The position numbers and the translations under genes were made by a program. Below are positions 36,859 to 50,192 of a DNA stretch of 64,000 nucleotides, piece after piece; the stretch's first letter is position 1, and each line of letters opens with the position of its first letter. Source of the DNA: Hydrolagus colliei (taxonomy: Eukaryota); NCBI GenBank assembly GCA_035084275.1, contig CM068751.1, positions 16,678,001-16,742,000 on the forward strand. The letters are read 5' to 3'. The notes beneath the pieces were generated by a model. The model was not told where the DNA came from and did no database searches. It saw only the letters and a list, made by a program, of their open reading frames with translations.

Positions 36859-37170
36859 TTATAATAATAATAATCCTTCCATTTGATTACAGAACTTTTC
36901 ACATCTTCTAGACGTGTCAAAGCGCTTCACAGAATATACTGTAAAGTAATTGACTGTATATTTGTGGGTGAAATGCAGCAGCCAATTGCACACAGTAGTG
37001 TCGCACAAACATTCATGGATTGAAATGACCAATTTTTTTTGAGGGATTATTATTAGGCGTGTGGAGTAAGGAAACTCGGCCAAGGTTTTGCCCTGACCTG
37101 CCTGGATTCGAACACAGGGTCTCACACTTGTAAGGCGAGTGCTCTAACCACTGAGCTACAGGACTCCACA
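36859..37170 (-). mobile_element. Full-length tRNA-derived SINE, near consensus
   Basis: Minus strand GTGGAGTCCTGTAGCTCAGTGGTTAGAGCACTCGCCTTACAAGTGTGAGACCCTGTGTTCGAATCCAGG, with intact A and B boxes. Confidence 0.93.
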
Positions 37171-37894
37171 ATTGAGTTGTGACTATTAAGTTCCAATTCT
37201 TGACATGAGGCTTTAACCCACAACTTTCAGACTGCAAGGTGAGAGCTACTAATCGAGCCAGGTTGGCATGATTGATTTTGAGTCACTGTGGCATAAATTT
37301 CAACCGAGCTTTGTGCAGGCTCTCAAACAAACTTTTAACAGTGGTGACTTTCGATTGTATTTAAACCCCGACCTTTGACTGTTTCATCATTAATGATTTG
37401 TACATTTTGTATCACCGAGACAGAATGTAATTGAACTTTGAGTTCACTTATCAGCGATTCAAAGACTACCTGGCTATGGAAACTAGTGTTTGATTAACTT
37501 TTTGCATTCAAATACCTCATGTGTTTGACCAGGTGTTGTTTTTTTGGTCAGTGGGTATCTGAACGTGTGGGAAACTCATCGCCATGCTTAAGAGTTTCCA
37601 AACTAGATTGAGTTCCACATATACATGCATGGCCACCTCCCATGGAAGCTTCCCTGTGTCTGGAATTGAGTCCACACTGTCTCTTTTGAGGGACATACTC
37701 TGCCTGTGTAATCCTGGAGACTGCAGGCCGGTGGACAACAGCGGAGGATTGGGGACCCAAGAGAGTGTGTTGATGTTTAACCAGCTAATATGGCACAGCT
37801 TGTCACCTTGCACTATCTGGCAAGCTTCCTTCCAACCGTTTGTCCAGCTGGATCACCCTACCTGTTGGGGCTTTGGTAAATTCGTGACTCTCAT

Positions 37895-39090
37895 TTCCTG
37901 AGCGAAATGTGGACAAGACGTCTTGTGAAACTCTATAGGGATTTTGGCAGCTCTATGTAACTCGCATTGCCTGAATCATTATAAAGTTTAATTCCAAACT
38001 GTTTGTGGCACAACATCAAGCCATGATAACTCAAGAACTGTTCATGTAAATAGCCCACAATTCATCTGTTCTGCAATTTACCTGGGCTTTCCCCCTCCCC
38101 CCCTCACAAACCCCACCCATCCACCCCACCCCACCCGAGCGGGCAATAAAATAAATGGAATCTAAACTTGCCAGCTATGAACTAGAATTCATGTAACTCG
38201 ATCATTTTCATTTGTTTCACATGAAAAACTTGTTACTGAGCAAATAATTTGCCAGAAAGTCAGGAGTTAAAATAAGCTTCACGTTGTCATCTCAGCTTCA
38301 CATTTGGGCAAGTGACTTGAAGCGGAGTGGAAAATTCCCACGTAATGCTACATTTGGATATTCAACCAGAGATTTTTTTCTGGACATACCGTGTATCCAC
38401 ATCTGTCGAGCTACTTAAAGCTGCTGTGTATGTTTGCCAAGACACATTTGGAAAGCAGTAGTTCTGTGGTTAAATCCCAAAAGTCATTTGCTGGCATTTG
38501 AGAAACACAATTTTATTAAGGATCAAATCTATCAACTGGACTGAAAGGAGTAATGGATTCACCCACAAACACATCCCCGCCCATTGTTTTAAATGGGTGA
38601 GGGATCAATGGCTCAGTTGGTGGCACTCTTGCCTTGTTGAGTCACCAGGTTGCGGGTTCAAGCCCCATTGGCCTCTCACCCCAATTCAGTGCTGGGGGAA
38701 TGGGGTGTGGCATTGTCAGAGATTCCATCCTCCAAATGAGATGTTAAACCAAGGATTTGTCTGCCTTGTCAGGATGTTAGAGTTCCCTTGGCACTATTTG
38801 CAAAGAGAAGGGAGTTTCTTGTGGTGTCCTTGATATCTCGTCCCGTCCCCCCAGATAAGATTTGTCATTCACTTCAATTCCTGAGCAAAATGTGGACAAA
38901 ACGTCTTGCGAAACTCCATAGGGATTTTGGCAGCTCTGTGTAACTCGCATTGCCTGAATCATTATAAAGTTTAATTCCAAACTGTTTGTGGCACAACATC
39001 AAGCCACATAATAACACAAGAACTGTTCATGTAAATAGCCCACAATTCATCTGTTCTGCAATTTACCTGGGCTTCCCCCCCCACCCCCCC
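37895..39090 (+). repeat. Local direct duplication of about 210 bp (copy 1 37895-38103, copy 2 38878-39090)
   Basis: TTCCTGAGC(G/A)AAATGTGGACAA..CAATTTACCTGGGCTT-C-run is present twice, roughly 95% identical by eye. Confidence 0.95.
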
Positions 39091-39210
39091 ACCACATTGG
39101 ACAATGCTGTGCATAAATTGGATGCTGCGTTTGTCTCAAATACAGAGTCTGTGAAACACTTTGAGATGGTCTCCCAACATAAAATGTGCATGAATTGGAG
39201 GGTTATTATT
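38605..39210 (+). mobile_element. Old Deu-domain SINE split by duplication copy 2
   Basis: Head TGGCTCAGTTGGTGGCACTCTTGCC..GGGTTCAAGCCCC, with Deu core running to about 38875. The element resumes at about 39100 (GCTGTGCATAAATTGGATGCTGCGTTT) and continues to the tail. Confidence 0.75.
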
Positions 39211-39989
39211 TTTTCTACTCAGTTAAAAAAAATCTCAGCCTAATGATGTTTGACTCTTAAGTTTTAGTAATGGTTTTCTCAGAACTCGGGAACTTGAAAG
39301 GCAGGTAAATTATAGGGCACATATATCAGCCGCTATTATTATGTGTTGAGTGACACACTGGAACTGAACTCGTTTAGCACTCAACTGGCTCCGAGGTGAC
39401 GTCTATAGCAACAGGAACTGCAGACTCAAGCCCACCCTCTGCCGGTCTCTAGTCCAGTTTCTGAACCAATTGGATCTATTTGGACTACCGTGTAAAATTG
39501 CTCCCGATTCAAATTTGTTTATTAAAAAAAAGTTCTGTGACAGTTCGGGATTAAGTGGATGCAAATCGAACAAGCATAGAGCAATGAGGATTTGCTGAGT
39601 TGTAATTGGTTTAAGTCCGAGTGCAAGGTTCCCGGTTTAGCTTCTACCTTTATGGATAGAAAATGCCTTCACATTTCCAGCGAATCATAAATAAAACAAA
39701 GGCTTGAAATGGCACCTAGCCTTAGCCTAGCCTTAGCCTGGCAGATTATAATCCTTGCATTTGATATACAACTTTTTAGGTCAGGCGCATCTCAAAACGT
39801 TTCGCATAATGTATTGCAAAGTATATGTGTATTGGGTTGGTGAATAATTTATGAAAAATCCTTCAGTTTCAATACACAGGCTGTTTTTCCACAGTTCTTA
39901 TAAAACAACGTAAAACTTTTCCACAATTCCAGAACATCTTAAATTTGATGGTGAAGAATTGTGGGCATTCTGCACTTTGTTGTTGTTGT

Positions 39990-40522
39990 TATTGGTCCAT
40001 GCCTTTTGTCACTTCCCGGCTGGACTATTCAAATGCCCTCCTCGCTGTTCTTCCCAGCTCCACCAAACAACAAAATTCAAGATACTCAAGTATCCAGATA
40101 TTTATTTGCACAAACCTCCGTACCCCCATCACCCCAGTCGTTGTTAGGCTCCACTTGCTCTCAATTGCTGAATGGATCGATTTCCAGATCCTCTCACTTA
40201 TCTTCAAATGTCTTCATGCCCTCTCACCCCCCACTCCAACCTCCACTCAGCCAACTCTGGCCTCCTGTTTGTCCCTCTGCAATCTGTAACCATGCCACTA
40301 CACCCCGAAACTCTGGAACTCTCTCCCTCAATCTCTCCACTTTGCTCCCTCTCTCCAGTTTTCAAATCCCCCCTAAACACCTTCCTTTTTGATCGTGCTT
40401 ACGATCACCTCCCCCATACCCCCTCCCTCTCCCCCTGGATTGGCGTCAGACTCCGCCACTGTACAAGCTCTCTGGGACGCTATGCTATGTGAAGTGCGCT
40501 GTATAAATGCAAGTTGTTATTG
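39990..40522 (+). mobile_element. L2 LINE 3' fragment with tail
   Basis: VHAFVTSRLDYSNALLA-like and HITP..LHLL..IDFQILSLIFKCLH-like motifs; tail GCGCTGTATAAATGCAAGTTGTT. Confidence 0.85.
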
Positions 40523-43042
40523 AAGACGATAATTGCCTCGCAGGCTAAGAACAGGCGTCTGATCTAACTGCGTAGCACAGGCTACAATTATTGGTGAAAC
40601 CAGTGCGTTCTTTTTCCTGCTCGTCTGCCAGACGCACTATGTGTGTATGTTTGACCCATCTGTGATGGTTCCCTGCCAGAAAAAAACAATTTACGGTCAA
40701 TTTACTTACGTAACAGTATATTCTGTGGCGAGCTTTGAGACTTGATGAGCTTTTAGAGACTATATCAGTTGCAAGTTATGTTATTATTACCTCACATCTT
40801 GGTGTGTGGTGGGTCTGCGGCTATTTGTTTTTAATCGAGTTGAGTTTTCTGCAATTTGCGATCAAGTCATAGTGGATTTTATTAACACTTTTCAATTAAT
40901 GAACGAAGCTCCTGCAACGACACAGCTTTTGGAGGTGCCACCTGTATCAATGAACGTCTTTAGAGAGAACCATTCGGAACAGTGTTTACGGTTATGAGGA
41001 AATTATGGAGTAATTTGAACACATTCTCAACAAGATCCCGTGGGTTCGGTGATACTAAAAACAAGGGGACTGAACTGACTGCCTCTTTCTTTATAGAGAG
41101 TTGAAAATCTAAAGCTTTGCTTCACATTACCACTGGCTATTTTTGTACAGGGAATCTGTATAGAAGTCATTTACCCAGCACATTGAATGGGGTGTACAGC
41201 CGAATTGATTATTCCATTGACTAGAGGAAATGGACTTGATCCAGTGCTTGTTTTTAAACGCAGGACATTGACGTTGTTATTAATGTGCAAGTTCAGATAC
41301 ATTTTGTTAAACTAGTCTATTTTACCTCAGTGTGTTTAGTGGTGCTTTCTCAATACGAAAGCTCAGTCCCCATTTATGGTGGTGTGACAGAAATGACAGG
41401 CATTGCTGGCAGTGGAAGCAATAAAATGCATGAACGTGATGTGCTGAAATCTCTCGCACAGCAGTCACTGTGCAGTGTGCGTGCCGCAGCTCAGAATTTC
41501 ATCTACGTTTCACAAGAAGTTCACATTTGATATTCCACCCAGACAGGAGGCATTGAGGCGTGAAATGCTTTGTTTAAGCAGAACCCGGGGAAATGACCTG
41601 CAACTCCAAATGGCTCTGTTTCTACTTGAGCAGTAGTTTCTCGAGCCGACGGCAACCATTGCAATTAAAATAACCTCACCCAGAATGTTCATTATGGAAT
41701 ATATAACTGAAGGAACTGGCTCTCGGGGATATTAGGCAAGAATGAAATTCAAACGCCTTGGGTATCGGTACGGTAAAACACAATTTATTTGAATAATATA
41801 CGTTTGCAGTTGTCTGTACATTAATGAAAACGTCTCCAGACGTAATCACTTGCCACCATTTTCACATGTTTTAGTCTCAGTTGAAATTTTCTAATGTATT
41901 AGTCTACTGGTGTGAGATGGCTGGGGCAACCACGCCGCCTGGCAGAAGTGTCTCTGAAGTTTCTCTTACGGGTCATTAAAACTATATATTGGTCGAAATT
42001 GCTGTTTGAAGCTTCAAGCAATCAAACGCCGGATTTGCAAAGAATTCTGTTAAGACGTGCCGCGGACGCAGTGCCGTGAAATAGTTTAGACAATTGAATA
42101 ATGCACAAGAGCAAACTGGCTCCACAGAGCGCTTCATAACACAGCAAATATTCCCGCACTCAGCCCTAAACCAGATTGACGATTTGACTTAGTCCTGGAA
42201 TGCGACTCTTGTGTTTTTATTGCAAATCCCACACATGAAAGATTCCATTACATTTATAATGCATTGCTTTCCAACAGCTACCTCTCGGAGTATGAGAAAA
42301 GCTCTGAGGATATATTAAATTATTTAGTCAGACAGGCTACCACAAAAAAAGCCAAGACAGGCTTTTTTTGTGGAAACAAACTCATGTTCAGGAGGACACT
42401 AATGTTAACAAGACATTATTTGAAGACTGGTGGTCTGTGCCCATGCGGTGAACAAATATACAGTCCACAACTATACAGTTAATTAACTTTACAGTATATT
42501 CTGTGAAGCGCTTTGAGACGTCGATAAGATGTGAAAAGCGCTCTATCAAATGCAAGGGTTATTATTATTATTATTATTATTATTTTTAACAATCCTCCCA
42601 AATGAATTGACCACCTCACCTCATGACCACTGGTGCTTTGCTGGTGTGTATTGACAGCTGTGTTTTCCTACGAAGAAACAGTCACAGTCAGTAATTACTG
42701 TAAAAAGCTTTGAGTTGGTTTGACACGATCAGGCCCCGCTGAGCATATGCAAGTTGTTTTTTCCTCCCTCGGAAGAAAACAAAATTGATCTCTCTACTTA
42801 ATTGATACAGTTGCTCACCAATGACATTGGGAACTGATCATGCTGCTGTGTGAGAACTGGATGTTTGCTGAGCTGTACTTTGGATGATGAGGGGCGCTCC
42901 GTATTTCCTTTACAAAATCTATTATTTTTATTGAAAAGTCAAGGGTTTTTGACCAGAGTGCACGCTTTACTTTTTAAAAGATAAAGATACAGTAATCTCC
43001 TGATATCTCTACCCATGGCCTAACTTGTCACTATCACTTAAG

Positions 43043-43373
43043 TAGAGCTTCTGTAGCTCAAGGGTTAGAACACTCACCTAACAAGCGTGAGACTTGTGAG
43101 TCAAATCCAGGCAGGTCAGGGCGAAACCTTGGGCAAGTTTCCTTACTCCACACACACGCCTAATAATAATCCATCGCCAAAAAACCTATAATAAATTGGT
43201 CATTTCAATCCACAACTGTTCGTGGGACACTGCTGTGCGCAATTGGCTGCTGCGTTTCGCCCACAAATATTAGTCAATTCACTTTACAGTATATTCTGTG
43301 AAGCACTTTGAGACGCCTAGAAGACGTGAAAAGTGCTAAATCAAATGCAAGGATTATTATATTATTATTATTA
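43043..43373 (+). mobile_element. Full-length tRNA-derived SINE
   Basis: CTGTAGCTCAAGGGTTAGAACAC head, core and (TTA)n tail. Confidence 0.9.
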
Positions 43374-43849
43374 AGTCATCATTGCCATCAATATCCCGGC
43401 AGCATGTATGTATTATGCACATATGCCTAACTCACCATTCCTGACAACCCGTCACTGTGTTTGAGATCCTCGTCGCTCACTGAACCTCCTCTCTCAAAAG
43501 TGAGACAATCTCAAAATTGTCTTAACAGCTATTAAAGAGAGAACATTTTTCTGTTACAGTTCCAAGTCAGTGTCTCAACAAAATGCTATGATTTTTGTGT
43601 GGGCACCATCAGTGGTCATTTATGTCAGGATGGTTCCACATATAGTTATGAAATGATTAATCTTTAAGATACCAGGAGGAAATCTTTCATATTATCATAG
43701 AGTAACACAGAAAAGTTGCAGGAACAGTACTGCACATACATGTTATAGGAGGTGGAGAAATTGTATCTGTCTCTGAATTTTCGAATCTGCTCTTGTTATT
43801 TTTGAGTTATAGGGAGTCAAAAGAGGGATTTTTAAAATGTAAAATAATT

Positions 43850-44110
43850 GTCACTATACTAGAGGACATAGATTTAGAATTCCAAAGTCCAATTTCAGGA
43901 CAAACACAAGACACTTTTCTTTACTCAGCGTAATTGATGACTGAAACAGGTTCCCAGGAAAGGTGGTTGAGGCCAAGGCACTGAACTCGTTCATATTTTT
44001 TAAAAGCTTATGCTGTGATGGGAGAGCACAAAGGACGGGTACTGTGGAGGATGAGATCAAATAGGTCAAATTGTCCTCTTCATCTGAACAGATCTAATGA
44101 TCTTGTTATA
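43850..44110 (+). mobile_element. CR1 LINE 3' end
   Basis: ACTAGAGGACATAGATTTAGAATT (TRGHRFRI) and CCCAGGAAAGGTGGTTGAGGC. Confidence 0.75.
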
Positions 44111-44880
44111 GTGTAAATTCCCTTTTGCTGTTTCTTGAGAGTTTTTTTTTTCTGTCAATGATAGCTCCTTGTCTCCCTCTGCTTCGAATCACCTTTTTAT
44201 CTCGCAAGATAAAAAAAAATTCTACAGGCACAATCGCAAACGTGAAGATACTTACTCAGCAAGTTCTGATCGCATTACGTACTCGGTTCCTCGTCTTGGA
44301 CTCCGATCCGCAGCTCTTATTTAACATCGACACGCCTTGCACAAATATCGCTTTGCAAATTTTTCTAAAACCAACTCTTGACAGTCTCTCTGAAAACCTG
44401 CCTGTGTTGCCTGCTGAATGTCCACCTACTTTCAAGCCATTGCTATGTCATTTTCTCTGCTAAGATTGCCAAGTATATCAGTGGCGGTGATAATAAACCG
44501 AGTTCCTAGTTCTACTTGTGGTTCAAATGCACCTTTGAAGATTCCGCGGCATGAATTCAAAGAACAAGAAATGATCCCGGCGTGCCTGCCAATATTTCCC
44601 CTCTCATCCAAATTGCCGCAGAACAGATGCATTTGGTTTTGCACTGTTTTGGGGGAAAGTTTTATTGCAGATTAGCTGCTGCGTTTGATAATTGCTGCAC
44701 GTATTGTGTGAATCACTGAGACTTGAGCTGTGATTCAATTATAAGGCTTGGAGCATTTTAAATGCCTATGCTCCTTTTAATATTAATATTTAATCGTGTT
44801 TCTCCTTTCAGTAAATCATAGCTGAGGTGGTGGGCTGGCGTTGCTTTGAGTTTATCAGTGAAGAGTTTTCAAAAAATATA

Positions 44881-45107
44881 CAGTAAAATCACGTTTATCC
44901 ATGACCCGATCAACCATAACTTCCGTATAACTGGCACCTCAAAAGAAAACGGCCGCATTCGATTAACCGGAATTTATCCGGCACAATGCACTTTTTTTGG
45001 TTGGAATTATTATTTATTTATTTTTGTGTTTTCAGCCGCATATCCGGCACGCGCTTTAATCGGCATTGGCCAGGTCCCGAAGGTGTCGGATAAATGGGCT
45101 TTTACTA
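44881..45107. mobile_element. Tigger/pogo-like MITE (older copy)
   Basis: TA|CAGTAAAATCACGTTTATCC ... GGATAAATGGGCTTTTACTA|TA; internally homologous to 53374-53589. Confidence 0.8.
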
Positions 45108-47548
45108 TATATATAAAGAAAAAAATCAACCAGAATTTTACTTTCCAATTACTTTTCTATTTTCTGCCCTCCCTCCTTGCAGAGGTGGCCACCTGGCTAT
45201 GATTGTGTACAGCTTGAAGCTCAAAGCTTGCCATCTGCATTAAGTTGGCTAATCTTGGCTGACTTGAGTCAAGACAGCAGTTGGAACTGCAATTCATGGA
45301 GCTCCTGCAGCTCAGTGATTAGAGCGCTCGCCTTACAAGCGTGAGACCTATCTGTGTTCCTCATCCGCGCCCCCTCCACCCACTCACCCCACCATCAGTG
45401 TGTGGGCTTCAGTCACTCCGGAACTCTCTGAAATCCCTTCAACTCACCATCCATCTCCACTTTCAAATTTTGCCTGAAGCCATAACAACAATAAAATTAC
45501 ATTTGTGTAACCTATCTCTTTCTCTGTACTTTCAGCCACCTTCCTCTCTTCCCCCCCACCCCCGACCCCATAAAATCTCCCACTTAGCTTGGCCCCCTCT
45601 CATTTCATTTTTTATTGAGCAATTAAAGACATTCTCCCAATGTGAAAGGTCGTGTATAGTAACAACAACTTGCATATATATATATATATCTATATATATA
45701 TATATTGCGCCCCTCACAAAGGGTAGTGTCCAGAGAACTTCTAAGTGTAAATTGTTGTGGATGTTGTGATTGCTGGGTTAGAGAGGATCTTTTCCAATTG
45801 AGGAATAGATGAATGAGCTGGGTGGGAGGGAGGGAGGAGTTTTACATGAACTACCACAGAGACAAGACACCCAAACTGCCTGTACTAGCAGCTGAGAGAG
45901 ACAACTGTCCCTTTCAGCCCTTATAGTTTCTGAATTTTAATTGAAAGTGACTACTAGCAGAGGATGGATTTTTCAGCAGCAGCAAAATCGCTGCCAATAA
46001 ATTCCATCGCTGTTGTTCTTCCTGGAGAAAAGGTTGTGGAGAGTTCAAACTCCGCTCGGTCAGCAGTTTACTTTTACTTTTGTCTCAACTTCGAATTCAA
46101 GGCAGTTTCTGACTAGAATTAAAATACTGTTTACAACAATGAATTACATTTGTGGAGCGCCTTCCACGACAAGGCAGACATCCCGTGCTTTTTTTTGTGT
46201 GCGAGCTCTTGAGACTCGACGCCCTGTACTAGATGTTTGGGGGAGAAACTGCTCGGTTCAGTCCACCCAGGCCTCTGCCAATGCTGACTCGGAGGCAGTT
46301 GCTGGAAGCTCAAGGAGGTCAGGTCACTTGGCTTTGTCCTGCAGTATGTTACAACACACAAAGAGGCATCGGCCGTTCATGGTAATTGTTTTATTTCCAC
46401 TCTGCATTCTTTAGGGCAGTGTCAGAAATCAACGTGCTAGTGAGCACAGCATGCATTCTTGCCATTGTAGCAGCAGTCAGTATCTGTTTTGACCTCTTTC
46501 CACTACCCCCTGATACTTTTTTCCCCAAAGGTACCGTCAGTTAAATCGATTCCGTCCACTGCCACCCCACTCCACCCAAACGACCTCTCGTGTGTGAGCC
46601 AAGGTGGGAAGAATTAACTGACCAAAGGGGGCAACATTGTTTAACCAAATTCAGACCATATATATAGGCCATTTCTAGCAGGTTACTGAATAGTGATAAA
46701 GACTGAGAACAATGGCTGGCTTATGTATTATTTCCCCACCCGGCGATTGTACTGTTGTCCAGGTGTGAGCTCAGCTAAATTAGCTCTGACCAGAGATAGA
46801 CCATGGGACTTTCTGGTTAGTTATTGCAATATAATGAATCCTTTCATTTGAAATAGCGCCTGACCATGTCTTCGGGACATCTCAAAGCGCTTCACAGAAT
46901 ATACTGTAAAGTAAATTGACTGTGTATTTGTGGGTGAAATGCGGCAGCCAATTTTGCACAGCAGTGTCCCACAAATAGTTGTGGATTGAGTGACCACATT
47001 TTATTATTATTAGTAGTAGTAGTAGTAGTAGTATTATGTGCATATCAGCCACGTCTGTGTATGAGGTCCTGTAGGAGATGGAGGTACTCCATCATATGAC
47101 CAGGAGAGAAGGAGACAAACTGACATTCTGGTATCTTAACTACTTAGTTTGCCACAGAGGAACGGGGGCAGTTAATGTTCATTCACTCACAACATTTGCC
47201 CATAAAACCCCTATCACACCACTGTACAGGGAAACCCAGCTAATATATCGCCTGACCCGGGAATCAAACCCTGGTCCTCTCGCATTCTTTTTGTCCAACG
47301 ATGTTGTCGAATAGTTATGGAGAGAGACAAATGTTCAATGAATCGAGGGTAAAATGGCGGGGACACGAACCAACGTTCTGTTTTAAGAAAATTGGAAAAT
47401 CCTCTTTGAACACATCTTAAACAAATACTCTCGGATTCTAAATTTAGCCGAAAATATAAACGTGGCTTTCACACAGATCTGGTTAGCAGCCTCTACTTTG
47501 CTCCTTCGCATATTCTGACCGACTCTCTCCTCTGATTGCTTCCCCCAG

Positions 47549-47636
47549 GTGCTGAATGCTCAGCGTGCTGGATACAAGGCTGCCATTGTCCACAATGTTG
47601 ACTCAGATGAACTTATTAGTATGGGGTCCAATGACG
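47549..47636 (+). CDS. RNF13: RNF13 exon 5 (PA domain): VLNAQRAGYKAAIVHNVDSDELISMGSND
   Basis: CTTCCCCCAG| acceptor, G|GTAAGT donor, 88 nt, phase 0/1. Nearly identical to human RNF13. Absent from the ORF track and read directly from the sequence. Confidence 0.97.
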
Positions 47637-49589
47637 GTAAGTAAACCAGCTCTGCACTAGCAGCAAGTAAAAGCACATTTGTTGAGATAGGATGGCTTAC
47701 AGACAGCGCAGTTCTGTAAATGAAATGCATTTATTTTAATTATATGTTGCTTCTCTGGCAGGGCTTGTCGTTCTCTGTCTGCTCATTCCTTCCCCCAGCA
47801 CCTCCTGTTTCTAATTTGGTTTCCCAGTTTCCAGGGACCCTACCATGCCTGTGCAGCGCATCCTGGGAGAATCAAGTAATTGAAGTTGATGTGTTCTTTG
47901 TTGGGACCTTGTTATAAAGCAGTCTGATAGCACAAACCGTGAAATTCACTATTCCTTCGAGCTGGTCCTTTTGCATGATTGTTTCAAATTGCAATAAAAT
48001 CCTCTTTTAAAATCTTCAAAAAAATATTTTTAGAGCACAAGCGGTACAGATAGAAAACTGCTTTTAAACAGGATTATTAGGATTAAGTTTCATAGTACTT
48101 AAATTAAGTAAAGACTTAATTCAAAAGAAATGAATGCAATTTTACATTGCCGCTGTTTTCTAAGGACATTAATAGTAGTAATCCTTAATCCTTGCGTTTG
48201 ATAAATGCCTGATCACGTAACTGAGACGTCCCAAAGCGCTTTGCAGAATATACTGTTAAATTGAGTGACTGTCTGTTTTGTGGATCAAACATTTAATGTC
48301 CATTTGTGAGCTACCAATATTCTTTGATTGATATTTTAACACAATGATGTAAGGGGAGACTACATAATGAAGTGAAGGCTCCGTAACCAACTGAAGAGTT
48401 GTTAGTCATGAGCGATGAGATCATTCTCACAAGTGAAATATAAATACAAAATTCACGCTTGGCGTTCACAGCTTCTATTGATACCACAAGTGAGCAAAAA
48501 ATGTAAATAACTTTAGCAGTAGAAACGGAGTGAAGGTTTCCAGCTTCTGCAAATTCCGTTCTGTATCGAGGCAATGGCTTTGGGGAGATGGATCATCACT
48601 AAAGAGAGGCAGGAGTAGAGAGGCAGCAGCAACAACTTGCATTTATATGGCTCCCCCTCACTCAGGTAGAATCTCAGAATGCTTCACAGTGAGAAAAACC
48701 TCCGGACAAATTTTCCCAAACTCCTCTAACTGAGATTTAAAAAGGACAGAAATAAAAATGCACAGAAGATTCACTTTCTAAACCTTGTTTTTTCAGCAGT
48801 AGATGTGCATTTTATCAGCTATCTAAACTCCAGTGTCCTAAGAGAGGTATCCTCCGTAGCATACCCTTCCCAGCATACCAAAGCTTTCTTTATTTTCCTT
48901 CACAGTAATTGTCTAATGGTGTCTACAATGTAAAAAAAAACTGTGTCCTGTCTCCCTATTGAAGACCAGAAATAAAGGCCTCTGGTGTGTAGCATCAATC
49001 TAGTACTTGTAATACTCTTAAACTGTAGCTCGTTTTATTAACTGTGTTCTATTGAATCCTGTAACTCCTAATGAACCATAAGCATAGATTTGTGGGGGGG
49101 AAAAGAGAATGAGAAGAATCTTGTGGTGCATTCAACCAGCCTTAGATCCTTTACATCAAAGCCGTTCAAAACAAATTAGTTTCGCTCGTATTTCAGCTCA
49201 CTGACAAGCATATCGTGTTGCTCACCAAGTCAATCTTTTTGTCTATTGTGTCGCAAAGAAATTGATTTGTTCCAAACTACCCATGAAATGCAGTGTGGGC
49301 GGTGCAGAAGCATAATTCAAGATGATGTCAACTCTTAAGCAAAACTCTCTTGTGTGTCTGCACCGTGTTTCTGTTTGTTTAGATCCAGTGGGCACCTTAT
49401 CAGCAGCCTGAATTAGTTGACCACACTCTCGCCTCAGGGTTAGAAAGTTGTGGGTTCAGGCTGTGGAACTTCACAGGCTGCCAATGAGAACACACCGTGC
49501 GTTTGGAGGCACCTGTTAAGATGGACACAGTTTACAAAAGAAAAGAAAGTTTCCCCTGGTGTCCTGGACAGTAATCTTGCAAATTGATT

Positions 49590-50192
49590 GGCTCTGGAGC
49601 TCCCTTCCTCACTCCGTTCGCCTCGCCCCCTCTCACTTTCAAAGCCAAAGACCTGTCTTTTCGACTACGCTTTCGGTCACCTTTCTCCCCCTCCCCCTGG
49701 CTTGGCCCTGGGATCCGTTATTGGGAAGCACTCTGAGACGCCGTCCGGCGTGGAGTGAGGGGCCTATATAAATCCAAGTTGTTGTTGTTGTAGACCATGG
49801 TTGTTGGTGGGATATCACTGTTGGCGTAAATGGCTGTTGTGTTGTTGGTCTACAAAACCAGACACTATATTTGACATTAATTGCCTGTGAAAGATTTTGA
49901 GAAAATGGATTGTGTTGTGTAAAATATTGGGTGGTTTATTGGGTTCTGAATGCTGTTTATGGAACTCCATCCCACAGCCCCTCCGCCTTGCTTTCCCTTT
50001 CCTCCTTCAAGGCCGGTCTCAAGACCTTGCTCTTCGACCGCGCCTTTGGCTGCCCCTCTCCTTCCCCTTCCCCCCACTCCGACCACCACCCCCCACACCC
50101 CCCAGCTCGGGTCCCGACCAGACTGTTCAGTGATTTGGGACTTCCTCCCGATGTGAAAGGCTATATAAGTGCAATTTTCTTGTTGTTGTTGC
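49590..50192 (+). mobile_element. Two adjacent L2 3' ends
   Basis: TGGAGCTCCCTTCC and TGGAACTCCATCCC (WNS motif), with tails ending ATATAAATCCAAGTTGTTGTTG (49790) and ATATAAGTGCAATTTTCTTGTTGTTG (50190). Confidence 0.8.

Noticed and set aside
37095-37170. Apparent tRNA-Val(TAC) gene (also at about 27741, 43043, 57980, 21300 and 470)
   Set aside because: These are SINE heads. Each continues into the same core and (TAA)n tail, and none has a proper acceptor stem and terminator.
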